Part shown: in pieces, positions 1 to 9,343 of the stretch
How positions within the stretch are numbered: position 1 is the stretch's first letter
How the letters are laid out: each line of letters opens with the position of its first letter
NCBI GenBank assembly: GCA_944332675.1
Contig: CALVKJ010000003.1
Location: 1 to 42,863, forward strand
Length of the DNA: 42,863 nucleotides
DNA from: an uncultured Bacilli bacterium
GTDB taxonomy: Bacteria > Bacillota_I > Bacilli_A > RF39 > UBA660
Reading direction: 5' to 3'
Notes under the pieces: generated by a model
Seen by the model: only the letters and a program-made list of their open reading frames with translations
Database searches by the model: none
What the model was told of the DNA's origin: nothing
Made by a program: the position numbers and the translations under genes

Positions 1-2
1 TC

Positions 3-614
3 TCAAAATTTTTATCCATATTAGATAAAAAAATAGAATTACAATCTAAGAAGGTCGAAGCCCTTAAGTTATTTAAATTATCCATAAAAAATAAGCTTTT
101 TAAAACAAATAATAACTATGAAATAAGAATAAATCAGTTGGTTAAATGTGAATCATCAAACCTTACATTATCAGATATTCAAGATAGCGATGGAGCTTTT
201 CCAATATATGGTGCTGAAGGATTTATAAAAAATATTAATTTTTATAACCATAATCATGAGTATATAGGTATAGTAAAAGATGGTGCAGGAGTTGGAAGAG
301 TTATGGTTTGTCCAAGTAAATCATCAACCATTTCAACAATGAATGCATTAGTACCCATATTAGAGTATAAAGCATCATATATATTAGAATTACTAAATTC
401 AATAAATTTTAAAAAATATATTATTGGTTCTGGTATTCCACATATATATTTTAAAGATTACGGAAAAGAAAAAATAAAAATACATAATATAGATGAATCA
501 AATAAGATCACAAAATTATTTGATTTGATAAATAAAAAAATTGATTGCAGTCAATATCAAATTGGAGAATTGAAAAAGTTAAAAAAATGGTTATTACAAA
601 ATATGTTTATATAA
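3..614 (+). CDS. hsdS: Type I restriction-modification specificity subunit HsdS, 5'-truncated by the window edge (central conserved helix, second target-recognition domain, C-terminal conserved helix)
   Basis: The frame is open from base 3, in frame with the listed ORF at 138. Translation starts KFLSILDKKIELQSKKVEALKLF (HsdS coiled-coil spacer), continues through a TRD (FPIYGAEGFIKN..GIVKDGAGVGRV), and ends LKKLKKWLLQNMFI. Confidence 0.8.
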   Translation, partial: SKFLSILDKKIELQSKKVEALKLFKLSIKNKLFKTNNNYEIRINQLVKCESSNLTLSDIQDSDGAFPIYGAEGFIKNINFYNHNHEYIGIVKDGAGVGRVMVCPSKSSTISTMNALVPILEYKASYILELLNSINFKKYIIGSGIPHIYFKDYGKEKIKIHNIDESNKITKLFDLINKKIDCSQYQIGELKKLKKWLLQNMFI

Positions 615-658
615 CTTCTTTAGTATCTTCTTTATTTAAAAAAGGACTAAACCAAAAA

Positions 659-1216
659 ATGTTTTCTGAAAGTGGAGAGATGAGATGTATAGGTGAATAT
701 ATTGAAGAATATACTAATAAAACTACTATTAATAATCAATATCCGATATTATCATCAACATTTAATGGAATGATGATTCAAAATGAATATTTTAATAAGC
801 AAGCAGCTAGTTTAAATAATGTAGGATATAAAATTCTACCTAGAAATTATATTACATATAGATCAATGAGCGATACTGGTGAATTTCGCTTTAATATTCA
901 AAATATAATAGATGTTGGTATCGTAAGTCCGGCATATCCTGTTTTTAAAGTGAATAATATTAATAGTTATTATTTTTTAAATTATATAAATGAAAGTTGT
1001 GAATTTAAAACACAAATTATATCTATAAAAGAAGGGGGAACAAGATTTGCATTGAACTTTAATAAATTTAAAAACTTAAAAATAAAAATTATTGATAATA
1101 TCGAAACATATGGTAACCTCATAAGGTGTTTAAATATATATTTTTTGAGAGAAAATGAAAAATTAATATATTTAAATAAACTAAAAAAAGGATTCATACA
1201 AAATATGTTTATATGA
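659..1216 (+). CDS. Half-size HsdS-like protein (single target-recognition domain plus conserved helix); could be a functional half-HsdS or a silent or truncated cassette
   Basis: ATG at 659 within ORF 545..1216. TRD-like body (IGEYIEEY..YKILPRNYITYRSMSDTG..GIVSPAYPVFK) and a C-terminus LNKLKKGFIQNMFI that mirrors the end of the upstream hsdS. The start codon is uncertain (TTG 545 overlaps the upstream gene). Confidence 0.6.
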   Translation: MFSESGEMRCIGEYIEEYTNKTTINNQYPILSSTFNGMMIQNEYFNKQAASLNNVGYKILPRNYITYRSMSDTGEFRFNIQNIIDVGIVSPAYPVFKVNNINSYYFLNYINESCEFKTQIISIKEGGTRFALNFNKFKNLKIKIIDNIETYGNLIRCLNIYFLRENEKLIYLNKLKKGFIQNMFI

Positions 1217-1332
1217 TAAAAATAGTTTTACGATTATTCCTAATAGAGTTGTTTTATTTGTAGGTAATTTATTTTAAATTGCATTTCAATTGAAAATTAT
1301 ATTTTTAAATTAATTTAGTCGAGTTTTATTTA

Positions 1333-1356
1333 GTATAGCCAATGCTATACTTTTTT
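1333..1356 (+). terminator. Rho-independent terminator after the hsdS genes
   Basis: Hairpin GTATAGC-caat-GCTATAC followed by TTTTTT. Confidence 0.7.
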
Positions 1357-1370
1357 GATACAATATTTTT

Positions 1371-1604
1371 GTGATTGATATGGATGAATTAAAGAAGTTT
1401 GGTAAAAATATTTTAATTAATGATTATGAGGCAAGTGTACTTATGAAATACAATATCGATGTAGCTAAGTGTAACTCAATAGATGAAGTATTACTATTAG
1501 TTGATAGAGTAGATGATGACTTATCAGATGAAGAATATGATGAACTTGATTATGTAGCAAGCACTCTTGCAGAGAGAAAATATTATATGGAGACGAATAA
1601 ATGA
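1371..1604 (+). CDS. Small acidic hypothetical protein (77 aa; start may be ATG 1380)
   Basis: ORF with a D/E-rich centre (VDRVDDDLSDEEYDELDY). Its stop TGA overlaps the tag start (ATGA at 1601-1604), which implies translational coupling. No family recognised. Confidence 0.45.
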   Translation: MIDMDELKKFGKNILINDYEASVLMKYNIDVAKCNSIDEVLLLVDRVDDDLSDEEYDELDYVASTLAERKYYMETNK

Positions 1605-2149
1605 AAAGATGCTTTTGGGTTAATTTAGATAATCCCTTATATGTCAATTATCATGATAATGAATGGGGAGTTCCTAAGTATGATGACTATGAATTATATG
1701 AACTTTTAATACTAGAAATGTTCCAAGCGGGGCTTTCTTGGGAAACAATACTTAATAAAAGAGAAAATTTTAGGAAGGCTTTTGATAATTTTGATTGGAA
1801 CAAAATAATAAGATATGATGAAGATAAAATAAATGAGCTTATGCAAGATAAGGGAATAATTCGCAATAGAAGAAAAATTGAAGCAATGATCAATAATACT
1901 AAGATATTTTTAGATATAAAAAAAGAATATAATACATTTGCTAATTTTATCTGGAGTTTTACTGACAATCAAGTTATTAACGTGAATAGTAAAGTAACTA
2001 GTAATGAATTGTCAGATACTATATCAAAAGAATTAAAGAAACGCGGAATGAAGTTTGTTGGAACCGTTATAATTTTTTCTTATTTGCAAGCAATTGGTGT
2101 TATAAATAGTCATGACAAGGACTGTTTTAAGTATGACCCAAAAAATTAA
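1601..2149 (+). CDS. tag: DNA-3-methyladenine glycosylase I
   Basis: NPLYVNYHDNEWGVP, FQAGLSWETILNKRENFRKAF and a C-terminal H..DC motif are typical of Tag. Confidence 0.9.
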   Translation: MKRCFWVNLDNPLYVNYHDNEWGVPKYDDYELYELLILEMFQAGLSWETILNKRENFRKAFDNFDWNKIIRYDEDKINELMQDKGIIRNRRKIEAMINNTKIFLDIKKEYNTFANFIWSFTDNQVINVNSKVTSNELSDTISKELKKRGMKFVGTVIIFSYLQAIGVINSHDKDCFKYDPKN

Positions 2150-2246
2150 AAGATAATGTATTTAGCAAGTAAAGTTTTTATTTTAAATGTTGATTATCTT
2201 GTTTTAAGAGGGAAAATCTCTTATAATTGTAGTGAGGTAAAATATA

Positions 2247-4388
2247 ATGAATGAAGAAATAATAAGTAAAGTTAGTAAAAAAATAAATTTAAAAGAATAT
2301 CAAATTAAAAATGTAATTAATTTGCTTAGTGAAGGAGCAACAATTCCTTTTATTGCGAGATATAGAAAAGAAGTAACTGGTAATTTAAATGAAGAAGAAT
2401 TAAGACTCATTGAAACTGAATATAATTATGCGGTTAATTTACAAGCAAAGAAAGATGATGTTAAAAGATTAATTGATGAAAAAGGAATGCTTACACCAGA
2501 GTTAGTTAAAGCAATAGATGAAGCAACTAAATTAAGTGAAGTGGAAGATATTTATACACCATTTAAGGAAAAGAGAAAAACTAAGGGTACGGAAGCTATT
2601 AAGATGGGACTTGAACCATTAGCAAAAATTATTATGACACTTCCTAATAAGACAAGAGATGAAATAGCAAAAGATTATTTAAATGATCAAGTTAAGACTG
2701 TGGATGATGCAATGATGAACGCTGGATATATTATTGCGGACTGGATAAGTGATAAACCAAAGTATCGGAAATTTATTAGAAATTACTATTGGTATAATGG
2801 AGTAGTAAAGGGTAAGATAAAGAAAAATGCTGAAGACCCAAATAAAGTGTATGAAATATATTATGATTTTGAACAAAAGATTACTAATATGAAACCACAT
2901 CAAACACTTGCTATTGCGAGAGCTGAAAAAGAAAAGGTCGTAACTTATAGTTTAAGTGTCGATAGTAAAAAAGTATTAGAATATTTGCATAACGAAGTAA
3001 TTGGCAATAGGAAAAGCCCATTAGTACCAGATATGGAAAGTTATATTGAAGATGCTTGGAAAAGATTACTTGAACCTAGTTTGGAGCGAGATATTAAAGC
3101 AGAATTATATGATAAGGCTAGTGAATTCGGTATCAATGAATTTGGTAATAATTTAGAAAATCTTCTTTTAACGCCACCGATTAAAGGATGTGTGGTAATG
3201 GGCTTTGATCCAGCGTTTAGGACTGGTTGTAAGCTTGCAGTGTTATCATCAACGGGTGAAGTTTTAGAAATCGGAGTGATATACCCACATGAACCTAAAA
3301 AAGAAGTTGATATGGCCGAAAAAATTATGCTTGCTTTAATACAGAAATATGGAGTAAAAATTATTGCTATTGGTAATGGAACAGCATCAAGAGAAAGTGA
3401 AGCATTTGTTGCTAACCTTATAAAGAAATATAAATTGGATGTTAAATATGTAATAGTTAGTGAAGCTGGAGCTAGTGTTTATTCGGCATCCCCTTTAGCT
3501 AAGAAAGAGTTTCCTGATTATTCAGTTGAACAAAGAAGTGCTGTAAGTATTGGAAGAAGATTACAAGATGCTTTATCAGAATTAGTTAAAATCGATCCTA
3601 AAGCCATCGGAGTGGGTCTTTATCAACACGATTTAAAACAAAAAGAACTTGATGAGGAACTTGGTTTCGTGGTAAGTAAAGTAGTTAATAAAGTTGGTGT
3701 CAATTTAAATAATGCTAGTGAAAGTATTTTAAATTATGTATCTGGTCTTAGTAAAAGTATTATTAAGAAAATATTGGATTATCGTAAGAAAAAAGGAAGT
3801 ATCAAATCAAGAGAAGAATTAAAACAAATTGAAGGTAATGATAAAGCATTTGAACAATCAGCAGGTTTCCTTCGCATATTTGATGGAGATAATCCTTTAG
3901 ATAAAACTAACATTCATCCAGAAGATTATGATATTGTCAGTCAAATCCTGCAAGATAATAATATTGATGTTAAAATCGTAGGTACTACTTATATGCAAGA
4001 AATGGTATCTAAATTAGATTCTAAAGATATAATGAATAAATATAATATTTCGGAAGAAAAATGGGATTTAATTAAAAACAACTTAGTCAACGGAGTAATT
4101 GATCCTCGTGATGAAGTAAAACAAATGACTTTACGTAGTGATATACTAACTATTGATGATTTAGAACTTGGTATGAGTTTAGAAGGTACTGTTCGGAATG
4201 TAACAGCTTTCGGAGCATTTGTTGACATTGGTTTACACGACGATGCTTTAGTTCATATATCAAAGATGAGTAAAGGATTTGTCAAACATCCTAGTGAAAT
4301 TCTAAAAGTGGGAGATATTATAAATGTCTATATATGTGGTATAGAAAAAGAAAAGGGAAGAGTAAGTCTATCCTTAATTGAGGAATAG
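2247..4388 (+). CDS. tex: Tex-like transcription accessory protein (YqgF/RuvC-like, HhH and C-terminal S1 domains)
   Basis: N-terminus LLSEGATIPFIARYRKEVTGNL, central GFDPAFRTGCKLAV, C-terminal S1 domain (GTVRNVTAFGAFVDIG..DALVHISK). 713 aa. Confidence 0.9.
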   Translation: MNEEIISKVSKKINLKEYQIKNVINLLSEGATIPFIARYRKEVTGNLNEEELRLIETEYNYAVNLQAKKDDVKRLIDEKGMLTPELVKAIDEATKLSEVEDIYTPFKEKRKTKGTEAIKMGLEPLAKIIMTLPNKTRDEIAKDYLNDQVKTVDDAMMNAGYIIADWISDKPKYRKFIRNYYWYNGVVKGKIKKNAEDPNKVYEIYYDFEQKITNMKPHQTLAIARAEKEKVVTYSLSVDSKKVLEYLHNEVIGNRKSPLVPDMESYIEDAWKRLLEPSLERDIKAELYDKASEFGINEFGNNLENLLLTPPIKGCVVMGFDPAFRTGCKLAVLSSTGEVLEIGVIYPHEPKKEVDMAEKIMLALIQKYGVKIIAIGNGTASRESEAFVANLIKKYKLDVKYVIVSEAGASVYSASPLAKKEFPDYSVEQRSAVSIGRRLQDALSELVKIDPKAIGVGLYQHDLKQKELDEELGFVVSKVVNKVGVNLNNASESILNYVSGLSKSIIKKILDYRKKKGSIKSREELKQIEGNDKAFEQSAGFLRIFDGDNPLDKTNIHPEDYDIVSQILQDNNIDVKIVGTTYMQEMVSKLDSKDIMNKYNISEEKWDLIKNNLVNGVIDPRDEVKQMTLRSDILTIDDLELGMSLEGTVRNVTAFGAFVDIGLHDDALVHISKMSKGFVKHPSEILKVGDIINVYICGIEKEKGRVSLSLIEE

Positions 4389-4389
4389 T

Positions 4390-5091
4390 ATGAAATTAAT
4401 ATTTAATATAATAAAAATTGCCATAGTATTTTTGTTTATGGCAGGTGTGTTCTTACTTTTAATTAATAAAACATTTATTTATGAGGCTTATAAAGAAGAT
4501 GTTATGGCTGGGGAAGGCATTCCGATAAGTAGGTTTATGTATTATCAAAGTTTAAATAGTAATTCTACAGCAACATTTATTACACCTTTAAGTGTTAACT
4601 ACTTAAATACTTATCGTAGTAATTATTTAGATAATCTAGAAAATTGTTATGGCAAATATTATTATGATGAAGATAATGGAATTACTATAACTGATTATAG
4701 AATTATTGATAATACCTATTATAAAAGTGTCAGTATAGGATTTGTAACTGATAATTATTGTAGTGATGATTATGTCTTAAGTGATATGTGGGTTTATGAA
4801 TATAATAATGTAAGCAATTATGTTAGTGGAGATATTCCGGCATCTTCAATGCTTAATTTGATTAATACTGTATATGCTGCAGAACGAATTAGTGATCCAA
4901 TCGTCGATGATGCTTATGAAAGTACGATAAGTTTTACTGTTAATTGTAGTAATGATGATAATAATTATACTTTAACATTTAAAGATTTTAATGAAGATCA
5001 ATTATTGATTATTAAAAATGATGGTACTCAAGAACAGTTTGCTGTTTATGAAATTGCGGGAGTTGTCAATTATTTAAATAGTTTAGTCTAG
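4390..5091 (+). CDS. Hypothetical membrane-anchored protein
   Basis: ATG 4390 is preceded by GAGGAA. One N-terminal TM helix (IIKIAIVFLFMAGVFLLLI), then an N/Y/D-rich extracytoplasmic part. No family recognised. Confidence 0.5.
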   Translation: MKLIFNIIKIAIVFLFMAGVFLLLINKTFIYEAYKEDVMAGEGIPISRFMYYQSLNSNSTATFITPLSVNYLNTYRSNYLDNLENCYGKYYYDEDNGITITDYRIIDNTYYKSVSIGFVTDNYCSDDYVLSDMWVYEYNNVSNYVSGDIPASSMLNLINTVYAAERISDPIVDDAYESTISFTVNCSNDDNNYTLTFKDFNEDQLLIIKNDGTQEQFAVYEIAGVVNYLNSLV

Positions 5092-5136
5092 CAAATAATT
5101 AGTAGTTAGTTTATAATGGTGTAAAGGAGAGTGCTT

Positions 5137-6267
5137 ATGAAATCATTTAGTTTGAAAGATTTGAAATATTTAATATTATATGCGGTTGTATTAATATTTG
5201 CTTTTATTTATATTAAAGATATATTAAATATAGTTGGTTATATAATTAAATTATTTATGCCATTTATTATTGGTTTGGCTATTGCATTTGTTTTGAATGT
5301 ATTAGTTAATGTGATAGAAAAAAAATGGTTGAAGAATTGGAAAGTATCAACAACAACTAAAAGAGCAGTTGGCTTAATAATTGCGTTAACAATTATAATT
5401 GGCTTTATAGTTTTCTTGTTATTTTTAATAATTCCTAATTTGCAAAATACAATAGCTATTTTTGCGGACAATATTCCAATTTATAATGAAAATTTGCAAG
5501 CTTTACTTAATAGCTGGGGAATTGATGCTAATATTATTAATGAAGTAGTTGAAGCTTTAAAAGCTTTAGGGGATAGTGCTAGTTCATATATTCAAGAAAA
5601 TAGTAATCAAGTATTAGAAACAACCCTTGGTATTGCTACAAATGTTGTTACAGGATTTATTAATATTACGATTGGTTTAGTATTTGCAATATACTTTTTA
5701 GCTCAAAAAGAAAAAATTAGCGGACAAGTTGCTAATTTAATGAAAGCTTATTTACCTAATAAAGTAAATCAAAAGATAACTGATATTGCATTATTATCTA
5801 ATAAAATATTTTCTAACTTTGTTGGGGGACAATGTATTGAAGCATTAATTATTGGTTTCTTATGTTTCTTAGGTATGTTAATACTTCGTCTTCCTTATGC
5901 ATCAACAATATCTGTTTTAGTAGGGTTTACTGCTTTGATTCCTGTATTTGGAGCATTTATTGGAACAATTATCGGAGCATTCTTAATATTTATGATTAGT
6001 CCTTTACAAGCTTTAATATTTGTTATATTTATATTAGTCTTACAACAACTTGAAGGAAACTTGATTTATCCGAAGGTTGTTGGTAAGTCAGTAGGACTTC
6101 CAGGTATATGGGTACTTGTTGCTGTAACTATCGGAGCTAGTATAAATGGTATTTTAGGAATGCTTTTAAGTGTACCAATTGTATCGATCATTTATAGTAT
6201 AGTTGCTACAAACGTTAGATATCGTCTTAAAGAAAAAGAAACAAAAAACAAAAAAGCACAAGCATAA
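5137..6267 (+). CDS. AI-2E family transporter (PerM/UPF0118)
   Basis: Multi-pass membrane protein with the family signature QQLEGNLIYPKVVGKSVGLP. AAGGAGA lies 7 nt upstream of ATG 5137. Confidence 0.85.
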   Translation: MKSFSLKDLKYLILYAVVLIFAFIYIKDILNIVGYIIKLFMPFIIGLAIAFVLNVLVNVIEKKWLKNWKVSTTTKRAVGLIIALTIIIGFIVFLLFLIIPNLQNTIAIFADNIPIYNENLQALLNSWGIDANIINEVVEALKALGDSASSYIQENSNQVLETTLGIATNVVTGFINITIGLVFAIYFLAQKEKISGQVANLMKAYLPNKVNQKITDIALLSNKIFSNFVGGQCIEALIIGFLCFLGMLILRLPYASTISVLVGFTALIPVFGAFIGTIIGAFLIFMISPLQALIFVIFILVLQQLEGNLIYPKVVGKSVGLPGIWVLVAVTIGASINGILGMLLSVPIVSIIYSIVATNVRYRLKEKETKNKKAQA

Positions 6268-6283
6268 TATCTTGTGTTTTTTT
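6256..6283 (+). terminator. Rho-independent terminator
   Basis: CACAAG-loop-CTTGTG hairpin spanning the stop codon, followed by a T-run. Confidence 0.65.
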
Positions 6284-6398
6284 GTAAAGCGACATCAAAG
6301 GTATTACTACCTTTAGTAAAAATATGAAAAATGGATATCGCCTTACATTTCTTATTATAACAAATATTTATTCTAAGTCAATTAATTTTGGGTAACTT

Positions 6399-6427
6399 TT
6401 GTAAAAAAGTGTAATTTGTGGTAAAAT
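6399..6427 (+). promoter_or_regulatory. Sigma-A type promoter upstream of sufS-sufU
   Basis: TTGTAA, 17 nt spacer, TAAAAT with an upstream TG (TGgTAAAAT). Confidence 0.5.
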
Positions 6428-6517
6428 AGTACAAGTTTTAGAAGGACAAGGCCTTTGTTATAAGTAAAAATTAGATAAGTGAATAAAATAAAATAAATGA
6501 GAAAGAAGGTGGAAATA

Positions 6518-7714
6518 ATGAAAATAGAAGATTTTCCCATGTTAAAACAAGATATTATCTATTTGGATAATGGTGCAACAAGTTTAAAACCTCAAGCGGT
6601 TATAGATAAAATGACGGATTATTATGAGCATTATAGTGCAAATGCTCACCGCGGAGATTATGATATCTCTTATAAAGTCGATATGGAATATGAAAATGCT
6701 CGGGATTTAGTAGTAGAATTTATTAATGCTAAATCTAAAGAAGAAGTAATATTTACTAGTGGAGCAACGGATTCTTTAAATATGATTGCTACAGGCTTTT
6801 TTGCGGGATTAGTGGAACCTGGTGATGAAATATTAATAACTACTAGTGAACACGCTTCAAATGTTTTACCGTGGTTTAGGTTAGTTAATGATTATGGCTG
6901 TGTAGTAAAATTTATTCCTCTTGATGATAGTTTGCACGTAACAATAGATAATGTAAAGAGTAGTATTACACCGCGGACTAAGATTATTGCTCTAGCACAA
7001 GTTACCAATGTTATTGGAGATGTTCGTCCGATAAAAGAAATTTGTAAGCTTGCTCACGAAAACAATATTTTTGTAGTTGTAGATGGGGCTCAAAGTGTAC
7101 CGCATATGCCAGTTGATGTTCAAGATTTAGATGTTGACTTTTTGGCTTTTTCAGGGCATAAAATGTTAGGCCCAACAGGTATTGGTATTCTTTATGGTAA
7201 AAAAGAATTACTGGAAAACTTAGAACCAATTAACTTAGGGGGAGGAATGAATGAATCATTTGACTCTCCAAGTGAAATATATTTAAAAGAATTGCCAACC
7301 AGATTAGAAGCGGGAACACCAAATATTGCGGGAGCAATTGGTTTGGGAGCTGCTATAGAATATATCAAGGGTATTGGTATGGATAAAATAAGAGAAAGAG
7401 AGATCCATTTAAGAGAATATTTGATTGAGAAATTAGTACGTATTCCCCATATCGATATAATTAATCTAGAAGCAGATAGTGGTATAGTAGCTTTCAATGT
7501 CGATGGCGTATTTAGTCAAGATGTGGCATATTATTTAAATAAGTATAATATTTGTGTCCGCGCCGGTAATCATTGTGCGAAACTTGTAAAAAATGCTACT
7601 GGTGTTACTAATTCTTTACGAGTAAGTTTATATTTTTATAATACGGAATCGGAAATTGATGAATTAGTAGAACTTTTAAGTGATAAAGAAAAAATAATAA
7701 ATGAGATGATTTAA
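6518..7714 (+). CDS. sufS: Cysteine desulfurase, SufS type (class V aminotransferase)
   Basis: YLDNGATSLKP, SANAHRGDY, FSGHKMLGPTGIGILYG (PLP lysine), RAGNHCA (catalytic Cys). AAGGTGG precedes ATG 6518. Confidence 0.9.
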   Translation: MKIEDFPMLKQDIIYLDNGATSLKPQAVIDKMTDYYEHYSANAHRGDYDISYKVDMEYENARDLVVEFINAKSKEEVIFTSGATDSLNMIATGFFAGLVEPGDEILITTSEHASNVLPWFRLVNDYGCVVKFIPLDDSLHVTIDNVKSSITPRTKIIALAQVTNVIGDVRPIKEICKLAHENNIFVVVDGAQSVPHMPVDVQDLDVDFLAFSGHKMLGPTGIGILYGKKELLENLEPINLGGGMNESFDSPSEIYLKELPTRLEAGTPNIAGAIGLGAAIEYIKGIGMDKIREREIHLREYLIEKLVRIPHIDIINLEADSGIVAFNVDGVFSQDVAYYLNKYNICVRAGNHCAKLVKNATGVTNSLRVSLYFYNTESEIDELVELLSDKEKIINEMI

Positions 7715-8125
7715 ATGGAAAAAAGAGAAATAATAATGGATCATTATAGTAATCCAAGAAATAGAAAAAGAATTAATGATAGTAAATATATTGTAGAAAA
7801 TACAAGGAATTCTTCTTGCATAGATAATCTCGATATATATGTAAATATTAAAAATGATAAAATAGAAGATATAACATTCGATGGAGAAGCTTGTGCCATA
7901 AGTATTTCATCAGCATCGATAATGACTTGTAATTTAAAAGGTAAGACTATTAAGGAAGCAATAGAATATATAAATAATATGGAAGCTATGCTTAGTGATA
8001 AAGAATATAATGTAGATATTTTAAAAGAAGCAGTAGTTTATGAAGATACAAAAAATACAAGTCGTAAAACTTGTTCTTGGCTTCCCTATGAAGCAGTAAA
8101 AAAGATATTGAATAATTACAATTAG
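7715..8125 (+). CDS. sufU: SufU/IscU-like Fe-S cluster assembly scaffold or sulfur acceptor
   Basis: DHYSNPRN, SCID, GEACAISISSAS and RKTC motifs. The gene lies immediately after sufS. Confidence 0.85.
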   Translation: MEKREIIMDHYSNPRNRKRINDSKYIVENTRNSSCIDNLDIYVNIKNDKIEDITFDGEACAISISSASIMTCNLKGKTIKEAIEYINNMEAMLSDKEYNVDILKEAVVYEDTKNTSRKTCSWLPYEAVKKILNNYN

Positions 8126-8142
8126 CACTTCGGTGCTTTTTT
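8124..8142 (+). terminator. Rho-independent terminator after sufU
   Basis: AGCAC-ttcg-GTGCT followed by TTTTTT. Confidence 0.75.
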
Positions 8143-8165
8143 ACAAATAAGTTAATCAAAAATAA

Positions 8166-8195
8166 TTGCCAAAGTTCAATATTTTGTGGTATATT
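8166..8195 (+). promoter_or_regulatory. Sigma-A type promoter of the T-box leader
   Basis: TTGCCA, 18 nt spacer, TATATT with an upstream TG. Confidence 0.5.
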
Positions 8196-8202
8196 ATTTA
8201 CA

Positions 8203-8400
8203 TCAGCGAAGATAAAGGATAAGTAATTATATGGGAGTTTATAGAGATTTAGTGGATGGTGGAAACTAAAAATGGAAATATAATGAATCTACCTTTGGAG
8301 TTGGATTTAATAAATCCCGGGTAATACCGTTATATAAAATGAGTAATGAAAGGGTGGTACCGTGCTTTATGCACTCCTTGGGTATCATCCTTTTTATTTT
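8203..8400 (+). promoter_or_regulatory. T-box riboswitch leader, probable Ser (UCU) specifier, with intrinsic terminator
   Basis: The Stem I 5' side GCGAAGATAAAGGATAAGTA resembles the GA-motif and AGUA box. Distal AGAGA and GGTGGAA elements are present. The specifier loop reads GAA-TCT-A (TCT at 8288-8290) and is closed by CCTTT pairing with AAAGG. The T-box sequence AATGAAAGGGTGGTACCGTG lies at 8345-8364. A terminator helix (GGGTGGTACC / GGTATCATCC) is followed by TTTTTATTTT. Confidence 0.8.
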
Positions 8401-8414
8401 TAAGGAGAATGCTT

Positions 8415-9341
8415 ATGATTGATATGCATTATGATTTATTGTCAATTCTTTACTATTGCTATTTACGTAATGATTTTAGTTATGTAAAAACGTTACAGAA
8501 GTATTTTAATGAAGAAAATGTAAATGGTTTAATTGCTAATCTATATTTTATGAGTGAAGAAGCAATGGCTCAGGAAATGATGGGTAAAAAAATCGATGTA
8601 GTAGAAATGTTTAAAGTGTCTACAAAACTATTTAAGAAATATTTTCCAAATATAGATGTCGTATATAGTATTGAAGGTTGCGACTTTATAAAAAATACTA
8701 AAGAGTTAAAAAAATTAAAAGATTTAGGTCTTGGAAGCATCTTACTTGTTTGGAATAATAAAAATAAATATGGTAGTGGTGCTAAAGTTACCAGTGGTCT
8801 TACAGAAGAGGGAAAAAACTTCATATATGAAGCGATAAGGTTAGACTTAGCTATTGATTTATCACATATGAACAAAGAAACATTTATAGATACAGTTGAT
8901 GTTTTAAAGGATGCTAAGAAAAATGGGCTAAATCCTAAAGTAATAGTTAGCCACTCGTTAGTGGCGGACCTTTATAGTCATCCAAGAAATATCACTGAAA
9001 ATCAAATAAGTAGTCTGAAGGAATTTAATCCAGTGATGGGTTTAGTAAGTTACTCAATGTTTTTAACAGATAAAGATGAAGATATAGGTGTTTTGAAACA
9101 GAAGTATTTGAATCATATTAAAAGAGTAGTAGAAATATTAGGAATAGATAATGTTGGAGTATCTACTGATGATATGGGATATGATGAAGTATTGTTTGGT
9201 AATCCAGTGAAAAAAATAATTTTACCGTATGAAAATTTGAAAGAAGAATTAACTAAATTGTTAAAGAAAGAATTTAGTCAGGAAGAAATTGATAAAATAT
9301 TATATTTAAATATTAAAAATAAATTATTTAGGGAGGAATAA
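8415..9341 (+). CDS. Membrane (renal-type) dipeptidase family M19-like protein
   Basis: IDMHYDLL (HxD metal ligands), SIEGCDF, DLSHMN, VSHS and VSTDDMG match the M19 pattern. AAGGAG lies 7 nt before ATG 8415. The listed 8346 start would run through the T-box terminator. Confidence 0.7.
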   Translation: MIDMHYDLLSILYYCYLRNDFSYVKTLQKYFNEENVNGLIANLYFMSEEAMAQEMMGKKIDVVEMFKVSTKLFKKYFPNIDVVYSIEGCDFIKNTKELKKLKDLGLGSILLVWNNKNKYGSGAKVTSGLTEEGKNFIYEAIRLDLAIDLSHMNKETFIDTVDVLKDAKKNGLNPKVIVSHSLVADLYSHPRNITENQISSLKEFNPVMGLVSYSMFLTDKDEDIGVLKQKYLNHIKRVVEILGIDNVGVSTDDMGYDEVLFGNPVKKIILPYENLKEELTKLLKKEFSQEEIDKILYLNIKNKLFREE

Positions 9342-9343
9342 AA

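Noticed and set aside
8346-8414. The N-terminal extension of the dipeptidase ORF (MKGWYRALCTPWVSSFLFLRRML).
   Set aside because: This stretch is the T-box sequence and terminator of the leader RNA. The real start is ATG 8415, which has an AAGGAG SD.
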